Assembly (NCBI GenBank): GCA_030599585.1
Contig: JAUVNS010000010.1
Location: 64,001-128,000 of the forward strand
From: Promethearchaeota archaeon
GTDB lineage: Archaea > Asgardarchaeota > Lokiarchaeia > Sigyniarchaeales > SOKP01
Length of the DNA: 64,000 nt
Direction of reading: 5' to 3'
Every line of letters starts with the position of its first letter. Within the stretch, counting starts at the first letter, position 1. The notes below the pieces were generated by a model. The model was given only the letters and a program-made list of their open reading frames with translations, had not been told where the DNA came from and did not search any database. Shown piece by piece: positions 19,973 through 29,226 of the stretch. The translations under genes were made by a program, and so were the position numbers.

Positions 19973-20635
19973 ATTAGCATTAATTGGGAACGCGCCGAAT
20001 TGTCGCCTGAAAAATTATTAAAAGTAGAAGGAAGGGTTTTGTTAGATTTACGGGCTAAAATTAACGAATTAGGAAAGGAATTATCTAATGTTCAAGAAAA
20101 TCTTCGAAAAACCAAAGAAACTTTAAAGGAAACTCATCATAAATTAATTGGAAGAGAAAAAAGTCTTGTTAAAATAAGTGAGAAATTCTCATCTGCTAAG
20201 GAGAATTTAGATAGCGTTTCTGAAAATAAATTAAATACCGATATTGAATTAACTCAATTAAAACCAAAACTGGAAGAGCTCAAAATAAAACTTACTGAAG
20301 CAAACGATAATATTAATAAGTTGAAGAGTGAATTAAAATTTACGACAGAAAAAGCAAACGAAATGGAACAAACCCTTAAATTCAAGGAGAAGGCTATAGA
20401 AAACCACAAGGACGATTTAGGAAGAAGAAAAAAAGAGATAGACAAAATAAATGAAGTAGTTAAATTAAATCAAAAAGAATCTGGTGAATTAATAGATAAA
20501 ATCAAATCTCTTGAAGCAAAACTTTCAGAAATAAAAGCTGCACCAAAAGTTATAGAACGAATTAAAGAAATGATTAATCATAAAGGTTTCCTTTCCGATC
20601 GAGAACTTTTTGAAATTTTTAAGGAATTTGAGTGA
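19973..20635 (+). CDS. coiled-coil protein, paralog 1 (putative ATT start at 19973)
   Basis: Long heptad region; head (I.W..A..SPEK...EGR.LLDLRAKI) and tail (HKGFLSD.EL) shared with the next gene; AGGTGA RBS upstream of the ATT. Confidence 0.8.
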   Translation: MSINWERAELSPEKLLKVEGRVLLDLRAKINELGKELSNVQENLRKTKETLKETHHKLIGREKSLVKISEKFSSAKENLDSVSENKLNTDIELTQLKPKLEELKIKLTEANDNINKLKSELKFTTEKANEMEQTLKFKEKAIENHKDDLGRRKKEIDKINEVVKLNQKESGELIDKIKSLEAKLSEIKAAPKVIERIKEMINHKGFLSDRELFEIFKEFE

Positions 20636-20813
20636 TCTCCAACCTGCAAAATCTTTGAAAAAATGGACTTCAATGGTAAAATTTTAAATAATCTCACATA
20701 AGCAAATATTATACGAGATAATAAATAATTTGAAAAAATTATATATTGTGAAACATAAAAATAATAATACAAACTAATGATATAAAAAGAAAATAAATGA
20801 AGGTGTAAGAAAT

Positions 20814-21524
20814 ATTACGATAGACTGGTCAAAAGCCCAAGAAAGCCCTGAAAAGTCCCAAAAAATAGAGGGACGATTTTTATTAGACCTTAGAGCAAAA
20901 ATTGATGATATAGAGCAGCAATTTAAGCAAAAAGTAGAGAAATTAGACTCCACGTCAAAAGAACTGAGCGAAACTAAAGAAAAGTTAGCGGAGAGTGAAA
21001 AAAAGTTCAGCGAAACTAATCAAAATATGAATTCAACTAAAGCAGAGCTAACATCTGTATCAGAAGAGAAAAACAAAATTAGTACAGAATTAAATTCATT
21101 AAAAAATGACAAATCTGAACTTGAGAAGAAATACAATGAAGCAGAGGAGAAACTGAAGGAATTAGAACCAAAAGTAGGTTCTCTAAAAGAGGAATACGAA
21201 CAAAGAGAAAGGGAGTTAGAAAGTGTTAAGAAAGATCTTCAACAGACAATCTCTGATAAGTACGTCGAGATCGAAACCGTAAAAGACGAGTTAACAGGAC
21301 AATTGGATAATAAAGAAAGCGAACTGATCAAAGCTAAAAACGAAATTGAAGAGAAGAACAAAGAAGTTGAAGCAATTAAACTTAAACTAACTTCTTTAGA
21401 AGATTTTATTGAAGAATCAAAAGGCGCACCTCAAATTATTGAAAAAATTAGAGAAACTATGGCTCATAAAGGTTTTCTTTCCGATAAAGAATTGGAAGAT
21501 ATCTTAACAAGCAACTTGGAATAA
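20814..21524 (+). CDS. coiled-coil protein, paralog 2 (putative ATT start at 20814; ORF track starts at 21027)
   Basis: Frame open 71 codons upstream of 21027, encoding ITIDWSKAQESPEKSQKIEGRFLLDLRAKI, homologous to paralog 1; AGGTG RBS at 20801. Confidence 0.8.
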   Translation: MTIDWSKAQESPEKSQKIEGRFLLDLRAKIDDIEQQFKQKVEKLDSTSKELSETKEKLAESEKKFSETNQNMNSTKAELTSVSEEKNKISTELNSLKNDKSELEKKYNEAEEKLKELEPKVGSLKEEYEQRERELESVKKDLQQTISDKYVEIETVKDELTGQLDNKESELIKAKNEIEEKNKEVEAIKLKLTSLEDFIEESKGAPQIIEKIRETMAHKGFLSDKELEDILTSNLE

Positions 21525-21575
21525 GAATTTTTACTTCTTTTATTTTTTAATTTCTTTAACTAAAAGGTGATTTAA

Positions 21576-22847
21576 TTGTTATTTCAATCGATACAATTGG
21601 AAGATTTTTACATCTTGTTCATTAAAATCATTGTATCGTTTTTCTGTGGCTTTGTTATAGGAATCGAGCGAACCAGAGTATCAGCTCAATATGGTGCTAG
21701 AGATCATATCTTTTTTTCAATGATTTCGACATCTTTAATAATTTTATATGAGGTATTTTTACCGGTATCTGAAGGATTTATTCTAATAATATTGTTTTTG
21801 GGCGGAATGATCATTTTTTTGTTGATTGGATCAATCTACAGGTTATTCCTGGAAAAAGATCCCGGTTACACAACTACTCTATCGATGATATTGGCGATGA
21901 TTGTTGGTATAATGTGTTATTATAATGAATATCTTGCTATTACCATTTCTGTTATATTTTTGATTATCCTATCCACAAAAAAACAGTTCAATAAAATCAG
22001 AAAATTGAAGGAAATTGAATGGACGGGAACCGTGGAGTTTATTGCAATCGTAGTTTTACTATATATCTTAATTCCAGATAATCTTCAAGTTTTCGGTATT
22101 GTTGTTAAATCAATAATAGTAATATTCATCGTAATTTTAGCTATAAAATATTTTAGCTACTTTATCTTAAGAAGCACAACTGAGAAAAATCTATATTATA
22201 TTTCTTTTTTAGGAGGTTTTGCTCACAGTGAAGCTACAACTATTGAATTAGCTAATGCAGGTGCTTCATCATCGTCAGTGTGGCTTGTAATCCAAACTAT
22301 GTTAATTAGAATGTTAATCGTTTTGATGATCACTCCAACCTTATTATCTTATGCATGGTTTCCTATACTTTCCACAGCGTCTATAGGTTTAATTTTTTCA
22401 TTTTTAATTTTAAAGAAAAAAGAAACTCAATTAACTTTAGATAAAATCAAAAACCCTCTCTCGATTAAAGGTGCTCTAATCTTTTCGGGAACATATTTAA
22501 TTGGATTAATAATTTCGATCGTTTTAAGTTTTTTTGAAATAAATATTCTTACTTATTACATTATCACATTTGCGATCGGGTTTCTTTCTGGTGGTGCGTC
22601 CTCTTTATTTGTAGCAACAGCATTTTATAAATCCTTAGTTAACGAAGGGAATGCTCTATTAATGTTAACTATTGGTTTATCGGCTGCGATAATAAATAAG
22701 ATTTTCTATTCAACTCGAGCTTTAAAGGAAGATAAAAATAAAAAAGGATATGTTATTCATCTCGTTTTTTACATCATTATTACTATTTTTCTGTTAATCA
22801 CGATGACCTTTTTAACAATAATTACATTCAATCTATCAATCTTTTGA
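21576..22847 (+). CDS. MgtC/SapB-family membrane protein with DUF4010-like C-terminal domain
   Basis: G..IGIER......G.R motif, GYTT, LGGF.HS.A.T and many TM helices. Confidence 0.75.
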   Translation: MLFQSIQLEDFYILFIKIIVSFFCGFVIGIERTRVSAQYGARDHIFFSMISTSLIILYEVFLPVSEGFILIILFLGGMIIFLLIGSIYRLFLEKDPGYTTTLSMILAMIVGIMCYYNEYLAITISVIFLIILSTKKQFNKIRKLKEIEWTGTVEFIAIVVLLYILIPDNLQVFGIVVKSIIVIFIVILAIKYFSYFILRSTTEKNLYYISFLGGFAHSEATTIELANAGASSSSVWLVIQTMLIRMLIVLMITPTLLSYAWFPILSTASIGLIFSFLILKKKETQLTLDKIKNPLSIKGALIFSGTYLIGLIISIVLSFFEINILTYYIITFAIGFLSGGASSLFVATAFYKSLVNEGNALLMLTIGLSAAIINKIFYSTRALKEDKNKKGYVIHLVFYIIITIFLLITMTFLTIITFNLSIF

Positions 22848-22877
22848 AGAGAAAGAAAATAGAAAAACGATTAGATA

Positions 22878-23960
22878 ATGGTTAAACTCACCTGGGAAAA
22901 TAAGTCAAATATTTCTGAAAATATTAAAGATTTAAAATTAAGATACATCGATTATTTTGAAACTGTGAACTTGGGTTTAGGAGATTTTCAAGGTAATGAA
23001 TGGAAAAACTTATTATTTTGGGGGGATAACCTCAAAGTACTTCATTATTTAACAAATAATTTCTCTGGAAAGATCGACTTAATTTACATTGACCCTCCCT
23101 TTTTCTCAGGAACGAATTACAAAATCAAAATCGAAGAAAATGGGAATCATTACGATTCTATTGCGTATTTTGATCATTGGAATAAAGATATTGATTCATA
23201 CCTACAGATGCTTCGCGATAGGATTGTTTTATTTAGGGAATTGTTGTCCATAAACGGGCTGCTATTTATCCACCTAGATTGGCACGCAAGCCATTACGTT
23301 CGAGTGTTGTTAGACGAAATTTTTGGTGCAAACCGATTTGTCAACAGTATAGTTTGGTATTACTACAATAAATATTCAGCGGGGAAAAAGAACTTGCCGA
23401 GGGCTCACGATGATATTCTAGTTTATTCTAAATCTGCTAACTATACTTTCAATGAGCTAAGAAGCCTTCGCAAAAAACCGATAAAGCAGTTAAAAAGAGT
23501 AATGGTTGATGGCGTTTTAAAGAATGAAAAAGACGAGAATGGGCATACTATTTATCGGGTTGTAAAAGATAAAAAAATGGATGATGTTTGGAAAATACCA
23601 TGCATGCAACCCGCTTCAAAGGAGTGGACAGGGTTCCCCACACAAAAGCATCACGATTTGCTTGAGAGAATAATTAAAATTGGAAGCAATGAAGGCGATT
23701 TAGTAGCTGATTTTTTTTGCGGTTCAGGAACTACAATATTAACTGCTGATAAATTAAATAGAAGATGGATCGGAAGCGACATATCTGAATACTCAATTTA
23801 TCTAACTCGCAAGAGATTACTTAATTATAGAAAAAATGTAATTGATCAAGTAAAAAAGCTTGAACCTATTGAGATATATACTCATTTGGATGATCAAAAA
23901 AAGAATTTAATATCAACTGGCTTTTTTGAAAAAGATTTGAAAATAAAAAGAAAAAAATAG
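22878..23960 (+). CDS. site-specific DNA methyltransferase (N6/N4, beta class)
   Basis: GDNL, LIYIDPPF (motif IV) preceding FPTQK and DFFCGSGTT (motif I). Confidence 0.9.
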   Translation: MVKLTWENKSNISENIKDLKLRYIDYFETVNLGLGDFQGNEWKNLLFWGDNLKVLHYLTNNFSGKIDLIYIDPPFFSGTNYKIKIEENGNHYDSIAYFDHWNKDIDSYLQMLRDRIVLFRELLSINGLLFIHLDWHASHYVRVLLDEIFGANRFVNSIVWYYYNKYSAGKKNLPRAHDDILVYSKSANYTFNELRSLRKKPIKQLKRVMVDGVLKNEKDENGHTIYRVVKDKKMDDVWKIPCMQPASKEWTGFPTQKHHDLLERIIKIGSNEGDLVADFFCGSGTTILTADKLNRRWIGSDISEYSIYLTRKRLLNYRKNVIDQVKKLEPIEIYTHLDDQKKNLISTGFFEKDLKIKRKK

Positions 23961-24133
23961 CGTTCTTTATATCTTCACTTTGGATATATTATATTCCACC
24001 CAAGATAATTAGAAAGAGTTTCGGATATGACATTCTTGTCGCAATTTTTTCTATAAATAATTTTTTTGAAAAAACATTTTTTGTTTAAATATAAATGTTC
24101 TAATTAGTTAGTAAAAGGTTAAAATAACAAATT

Positions 24134-24748
24134 ATGACGGACTATATTGAAGATCCCTATATTGGATCAGAATATGAGGATATATTTAACGATTGGTATG
24201 AAATTGAGGGCGCAAGAAAAATACAGCAGCTTTCACGACAACTCCGAACTTTTTTCAATTATAAGACTGAAGTTATAAGATATCGATTTCGACCCAATCC
24301 AAGTCTTGCCAAAAAAGATATAACTACTATATTATATCCCCAAAAACAAGAAATTGAATCATTAACTCGTGATTTCATAAGCTTGTTAAGAAAAATTAAG
24401 AAAAATGGACTATCACTTGAGCAAGGGATTCAATCTTTATTTTTTGACAGTTGTAAATCTCCTTTGAATATACTCTCAGAAATTACTAAGAAGCTATCCA
24501 TGTTACTTCATTATTTTTCAGAAGTAAATCTTCATAATCATCCAAGATTTCTCAAATTTATAGTCGTATTAGCACAAAACATATTTTTGGTAAAAAAGTG
24601 CTTGAATGCACAATTTAGTGATTTTTATGGGGAACTTGAAATAAATTATAATGGTTTAGAAGGGGAACTAGAGTTATTATTAGAAAACACACCAAGTGTG
24701 AAGATTAAAATACCAAAAAAACAACTTGAGGAGAGAATAACTTCATGA
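24134..24748 (+). CDS. hypothetical helical protein translationally coupled to the next gene
   Basis: ATGA stop/start overlap at 24745-24748. Confidence 0.7.
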   Translation: MTDYIEDPYIGSEYEDIFNDWYEIEGARKIQQLSRQLRTFFNYKTEVIRYRFRPNPSLAKKDITTILYPQKQEIESLTRDFISLLRKIKKNGLSLEQGIQSLFFDSCKSPLNILSEITKKLSMLLHYFSEVNLHNHPRFLKFIVVLAQNIFLVKKCLNAQFSDFYGELEINYNGLEGELELLLENTPSVKIKIPKKQLEERITS

Positions 24749-27384
24749 AGGTATATACCAGCGTATTAAGAAAATCCGTGGGAGAGGATCGAGTAGCAAT
24801 TTGCCCAATTTTTGGATGTCAGTTCATGATACGAGTTAAACCTCTTAAATTTAGGTTCCTAGGTTTTGGAAAGCATCCTAAATGCAAGAAACATCGCATC
24901 CCTTTAGTCTATGTTGATGAAAGGATCGGTGATTTCGTGGATGCTGCCTTGGCGTGTTTTTTTGATAAAGCAGGACTCCCACCAAGTGAATTACTCGAGG
25001 ACATAAAATCAAAATTCCCCGATGAAGTTACCTCATTTGTAGAAGGATGGGTGTATTGCATTACGGTTGGAAGGGGATCGCCCATAGTTTCACGTTACAT
25101 GGATGCGATTTCAAATGCTTATCTCAAGCAATTGACTAAGAAACAGATTAAGGCACTTAAAAAAGGAGATGATTCTAAACCAAATCTCGTAAATAAAACA
25201 ATTAAGAATGGAATGGATGAAATTACAATCCAATATACAAGGATACTTAAGCATTTAAGGGCTCATTCTGAGGTCCTCACTGAACATCAAAAACTTCAAG
25301 CACTGTCTAAAAAACTCCAAAATTATTTGAAAGATTGGCAAAAAGGTGTATTAAAACATAATGAGATCATAAATTCACCAGAAAATAAGCACGAAATGGC
25401 TTTAGAAGAAATCAAGAGTAATTACGATCAAATCCTAAACATCGGAACATGCCGTTGTCTTCTTGGATTGAATCCTGAAAGTAAAGAAATCAAGAAAGCT
25501 AAAATAACTGCATTTGATCGATTTTCTTCTTATCACGAATTTTATAATGAGGGATTAACCATGAAATTTACAAAATCTGATATTAAAAGACAAGAAAAAC
25601 AAAGCGAAGATATAAGAGTTTTGAATAAAGACAAACAAAAACACAACAAAAAAAAGCTTTACAACGATAATAAAAATGAAAATCTTGATACTAAGTTGAT
25701 AAAGAGCTTAATAAATTTAATTTATGAGTGTGAGTGTGAGTTTGTGGAGTTTGAGAAATCCTCTACAAGTAAGCTTAACCTTAATATCACAGGAGGAATA
25801 AGTCTTCGCCGTTTTAAAAAACGCATTGTCGCATCTGAAATTTCTAAAATTCTAGGTATTAGTTTAGATACAGCAAAGAGATGGTCGCATGAACTTGAAT
25901 TGTCAAGAAATAGCCCTATTAAAATGGATATTCATAGAACTACTTTCAAAAAAATGTGTGAACACATAGAAATTTTCTCAATTCATAGTAAGATTTATAA
26001 TTCTTTTTTAGAAGTATTATCCGATTACCGCAAAAGAAAATACGCAACTGATTTTCGGGATGAGTTAGTAACAATATTTAACAAATATATTAAAGGAGGA
26101 GGAGGAAGATCTTGGCTTTCTAAAATACTCGGAAAAAGTCGTGCTTATATTGATGATTTAGAAATAAGAAGAGGGAATAGTGGAAAAGAGGGGCCTGAAC
26201 ATTATGCAAAATATTTCAATTTACTTACTAATATTCATTTGGTTAAAAAAGGGAATTTAGAATTTAAAGAAAGGTTTAAAATTAGAGATCTTAAAGCAGA
26301 AAGTCATAATTGTATTTTTAGAGAAATGAAAAAGCGAGAAATGATCAAAGAGTTATGTGAATCTCGTTATTCTAAAAGAATGGTTAATCTCAGCAATAAA
26401 GAATTATTCGATATTGTCGTTAGTTCTCAATTAGCATTTACTAAGATGGAAAGAGGAAAAGGGGGTCAGAATGTTGATTATATTTTTAAATATACCGATC
26501 TAAGTAGGAAAATTTCCCTTACAAAATCCAGAGATTTTTTCACAGGTAAGTTTAGGAATGGATTCCCTTTGGCTAAAGCTGAAGGTCGTAGATTGATAAA
26601 TGAATTAAGAAAAGGGTTTTTTATTGCTCCTAAAGCATGTCATGATGTTATATATAAGATTAAAACACATATTAGTAATCCACGTTGGAGAACCTATGAA
26701 AAGCATTTTAACGATTTAAGGGGTATTCAACGTAAAGAACTTTTAGATTTAAGCTTAGGATTAAATATTTTTGATGAAACATTTCTAAAAGATGCCTGTC
26801 CTTTTGTAACCAAAGACGGACATATTATTGATGGAACCTATGTATTATACTTAACACGCCATCATCTTGATGAAGATCAGAAATATTACTTAATTTTTGA
26901 TTATATTGATAATGATTTTATATTTAAAATCATTCTTCTTGCTTCAAAGTCTCATTGGAAGGTTCATGGGAATAAAAAAGATTATAATAGAAAAAAGGAA
27001 TTATTAAATGCGCGAATGAAGCATCTTTATAAACTACTTCAATACTCATATATTCCTAATAAAGCTTATTCTAAAATATTTAAATCTGAGTTTAATAACA
27101 AAACCGAAATAATTGATGGTCAAGACGTTAGAATTTGGAGCGATTTTTCAGAAATAATCATAGATAATTGGATTGAAAGATGGCAAGCACGCAAAACCTT
27201 GTCAGATAAAGAGTTTTATGAGATATATTATCCTAATTTTTATAGAGAACATTATGAACCACTTCTAAGAGATATGAAGTTATTTAAAAACAAGGCTAAT
27301 AACTGTGAGCGACCTGAATTTTGGTATTGGTATTTTACACACTATTTAAAAAAAAATATCTATCCTTCAATAAATCCACAGTAA
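24745..27384 (+). CDS. 879-aa protein: N-terminal Zn-finger/helical region, HTH-like segments, C-terminal HNH-like motif
   Basis: CPxxGC...CxxH; ASEISKILGISLDTAKRW (HTH-like); RHHLDED...ILLASKSHWKVH (HNH-like). Confidence 0.55.
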   Translation: MKVYTSVLRKSVGEDRVAICPIFGCQFMIRVKPLKFRFLGFGKHPKCKKHRIPLVYVDERIGDFVDAALACFFDKAGLPPSELLEDIKSKFPDEVTSFVEGWVYCITVGRGSPIVSRYMDAISNAYLKQLTKKQIKALKKGDDSKPNLVNKTIKNGMDEITIQYTRILKHLRAHSEVLTEHQKLQALSKKLQNYLKDWQKGVLKHNEIINSPENKHEMALEEIKSNYDQILNIGTCRCLLGLNPESKEIKKAKITAFDRFSSYHEFYNEGLTMKFTKSDIKRQEKQSEDIRVLNKDKQKHNKKKLYNDNKNENLDTKLIKSLINLIYECECEFVEFEKSSTSKLNLNITGGISLRRFKKRIVASEISKILGISLDTAKRWSHELELSRNSPIKMDIHRTTFKKMCEHIEIFSIHSKIYNSFLEVLSDYRKRKYATDFRDELVTIFNKYIKGGGGRSWLSKILGKSRAYIDDLEIRRGNSGKEGPEHYAKYFNLLTNIHLVKKGNLEFKERFKIRDLKAESHNCIFREMKKREMIKELCESRYSKRMVNLSNKELFDIVVSSQLAFTKMERGKGGQNVDYIFKYTDLSRKISLTKSRDFFTGKFRNGFPLAKAEGRRLINELRKGFFIAPKACHDVIYKIKTHISNPRWRTYEKHFNDLRGIQRKELLDLSLGLNIFDETFLKDACPFVTKDGHIIDGTYVLYLTRHHLDEDQKYYLIFDYIDNDFIFKIILLASKSHWKVHGNKKDYNRKKELLNARMKHLYKLLQYSYIPNKAYSKIFKSEFNNKTEIIDGQDVRIWSDFSEIIIDNWIERWQARKTLSDKEFYEIYYPNFYREHYEPLLRDMKLFKNKANNCERPEFWYWYFTHYLKKNIYPSINPQ

Positions 27385-27471
27385 ATCTTTGAATAATAAA
27401 GAATTTCAAATTACTTTTTTGATGGGAAGAATTAAAAGATAAGTGAGCAAAAAAAAGATAAAGAGATTTCA

Positions 27472-28902
27472 TTATTTATTATGGAAATCTACATTCCAAC
27501 TAAGGTAATTAAAGAGGGCTTCATATACAATACTTCCAACTTCATTTAAAGTAGAGGCCACATGATGTGCAAATCCGCCATTACATAGCTTTTTCAATAA
27601 ATCTTGCAAATTTGGAATCTCAACAACACCATACCCACCATATGTATCTAGTGGATCGTCAGTATATTTACCCTCAACGAGTATTGCTTTTATTTCTCCA
27701 AAAGTATCATCAGTTTCTATTCTTAGAAGTGTGCAATGTTTAGTTTTAACCCTTCCCTGAATCGCGCCAAATGTATTAGCTTCACCTTGATATTCAGCCA
27801 TAATAGGATGCACTGTCATTCTTGTATCTTGAAAGAAAGATTTCGGAAAATTACTACAATGAAAAAGAACCATCTTATTAGGGTCTTTCCCATAGTTATT
27901 ATTCCAATCTACGATCGCTGAAGGGGTTTCGGTTGCTACTTGCAAAATGTACATACCAATTAAACCGGATATATCGACTTCACACGCAGCTGGTATTAAT
28001 CCTTCACTAAACAAACTCATTACTGCACACGGCACGATTCCGAAATTGGAAACAATTGATGGCCAACATTGAAAAGCAAAACCATCCAATTCGTTTTCCA
28101 ATACCCAATTCTCGACAACAACTGCTAGTTTTGCTAATTTTAATATGCCGTCTTCTGGAAATGTTGTAGTTGGCGTATAATCCTTAATGACTTGAATTTT
28201 TTCCTTAACTTTAGGATCGCCACCTGCTAACCTACTAATTTCTCCAAAAATTTCTGATAAATCAATTGGTTCAATCGTAATCCCATGTAATTGTAAAATT
28301 TTCTCGCTATATCTCACAGTTTCAAAAGCGTTAGGTCTTACTCCTATTTGCCCAAATCTTGCGTTTTTAAGTTTCTTTACAATTTTACAGACTTTTTCAA
28401 ATTTTATAATGTCTGCTTTAAAAGCGTTAGAGGTAATAGGGCTTGTATGCGTCTTAGTTAGCGTAAATGGAATTCCGTGCTGATATAGAACACTACAAAC
28501 AGATATTTTTCCGCAGAATGCATCTCGTCTAAATTTTCGATCCATTTTGTCGATTTCATCAGATGAAGCTTGAATAAGGATTGGAACATTTAAATCAGAT
28601 AATTTAAGAGTGTTGACGATGCCCTTTTCATCTCCAAAATTCGGTAAAACTATGATTATCCCGGATATTTGTTCTTTATTATTCTTAAAAAGTTTAGCGC
28701 ATTTTTTTGCGTCCGAATAAGATTCAACTACACCATCTTTTGTGTCACTCTCGTTTAGAATAACATAACTATACCCTAATTCTTTCAACACACTTATAAT
28801 TTCTAATCGACCTTCTTTTGCAAGGTGGTCGGGAAAAACATCTCTATTGCCAACAATTACTCCAAAAACAGGTTTTATCACTTTAGATTTAATAAACGAC
28901 AT
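27472..28902 (-). CDS. L-fucose/L-arabinose isomerase family protein
   Basis: NFGDE, RRDAFCGK, QCW, ACEVD, LFHC and GFAHH motifs. Confidence 0.85.
   Translation of the reverse strand: MSFIKSKVIKPVFGVIVGNRDVFPDHLAKEGRLEIISVLKELGYSYVILNESDTKDGVVESYSDAKKCAKLFKNNKEQISGIIIVLPNFGDEKGIVNTLKLSDLNVPILIQASSDEIDKMDRKFRRDAFCGKISVCSVLYQHGIPFTLTKTHTSPITSNAFKADIIKFEKVCKIVKKLKNARFGQIGVRPNAFETVRYSEKILQLHGITIEPIDLSEIFGEISRLAGGDPKVKEKIQVIKDYTPTTTFPEDGILKLAKLAVVVENWVLENELDGFAFQCWPSIVSNFGIVPCAVMSLFSEGLIPAACEVDISGLIGMYILQVATETPSAIVDWNNNYGKDPNKMVLFHCSNFPKSFFQDTRMTVHPIMAEYQGEANTFGAIQGRVKTKHCTLLRIETDDTFGEIKAILVEGKYTDDPLDTYGGYGVVEIPNLQDLLKKLCNGGFAHHVASTLNEVGSIVYEALFNYLSWNVDFHNK
28832..28866. repeat. 35-bp direct repeat, copy 1 (inside the isomerase 5' end)
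   Basis: ggaaaaacatctctattgccaacaattactccaaa; 33/35 identical to 31171-31205. Confidence 0.9.
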
Positions 28903-29226
28903 TTCGAATTCTCTAAACTTGTATAAGATATTAAGAATAATATGTTTCGATTATTTATTTTTTTTGAAATATATTCAAAAGAGTATAAACTATCTAAACT
29001 ATTGACTAAATAAAAAGAATGTCCAGAAAAATTATGAGAAGGATATGTTTGGGGCTTTTTATAACATTCATTTTTGATAATTAAATTATTTGTAGATATT
29101 TTTTCTATTCTTCTCAATAATTTTATCTATTTCTTTAATAATTTCATAAGAAATCATTACTAATTTAAATATTATTATGCTCTATTTAAATGTAACATTA
29201 GGCATCGATTTTATGGGATATCCATA

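Noticed and set aside
22878-23960. Complete type III restriction-modification system
   Set aside because: No Res helicase is adjacent and the MTase is short; a link to the downstream HNH-like gene is unproven.
28878-29117. 79-aa minus-strand ORF upstream of the isomerase
   Set aside because: Low-complexity AT-rich sequence with a TTG start, no RBS or motif, and it overlaps the isomerase start.
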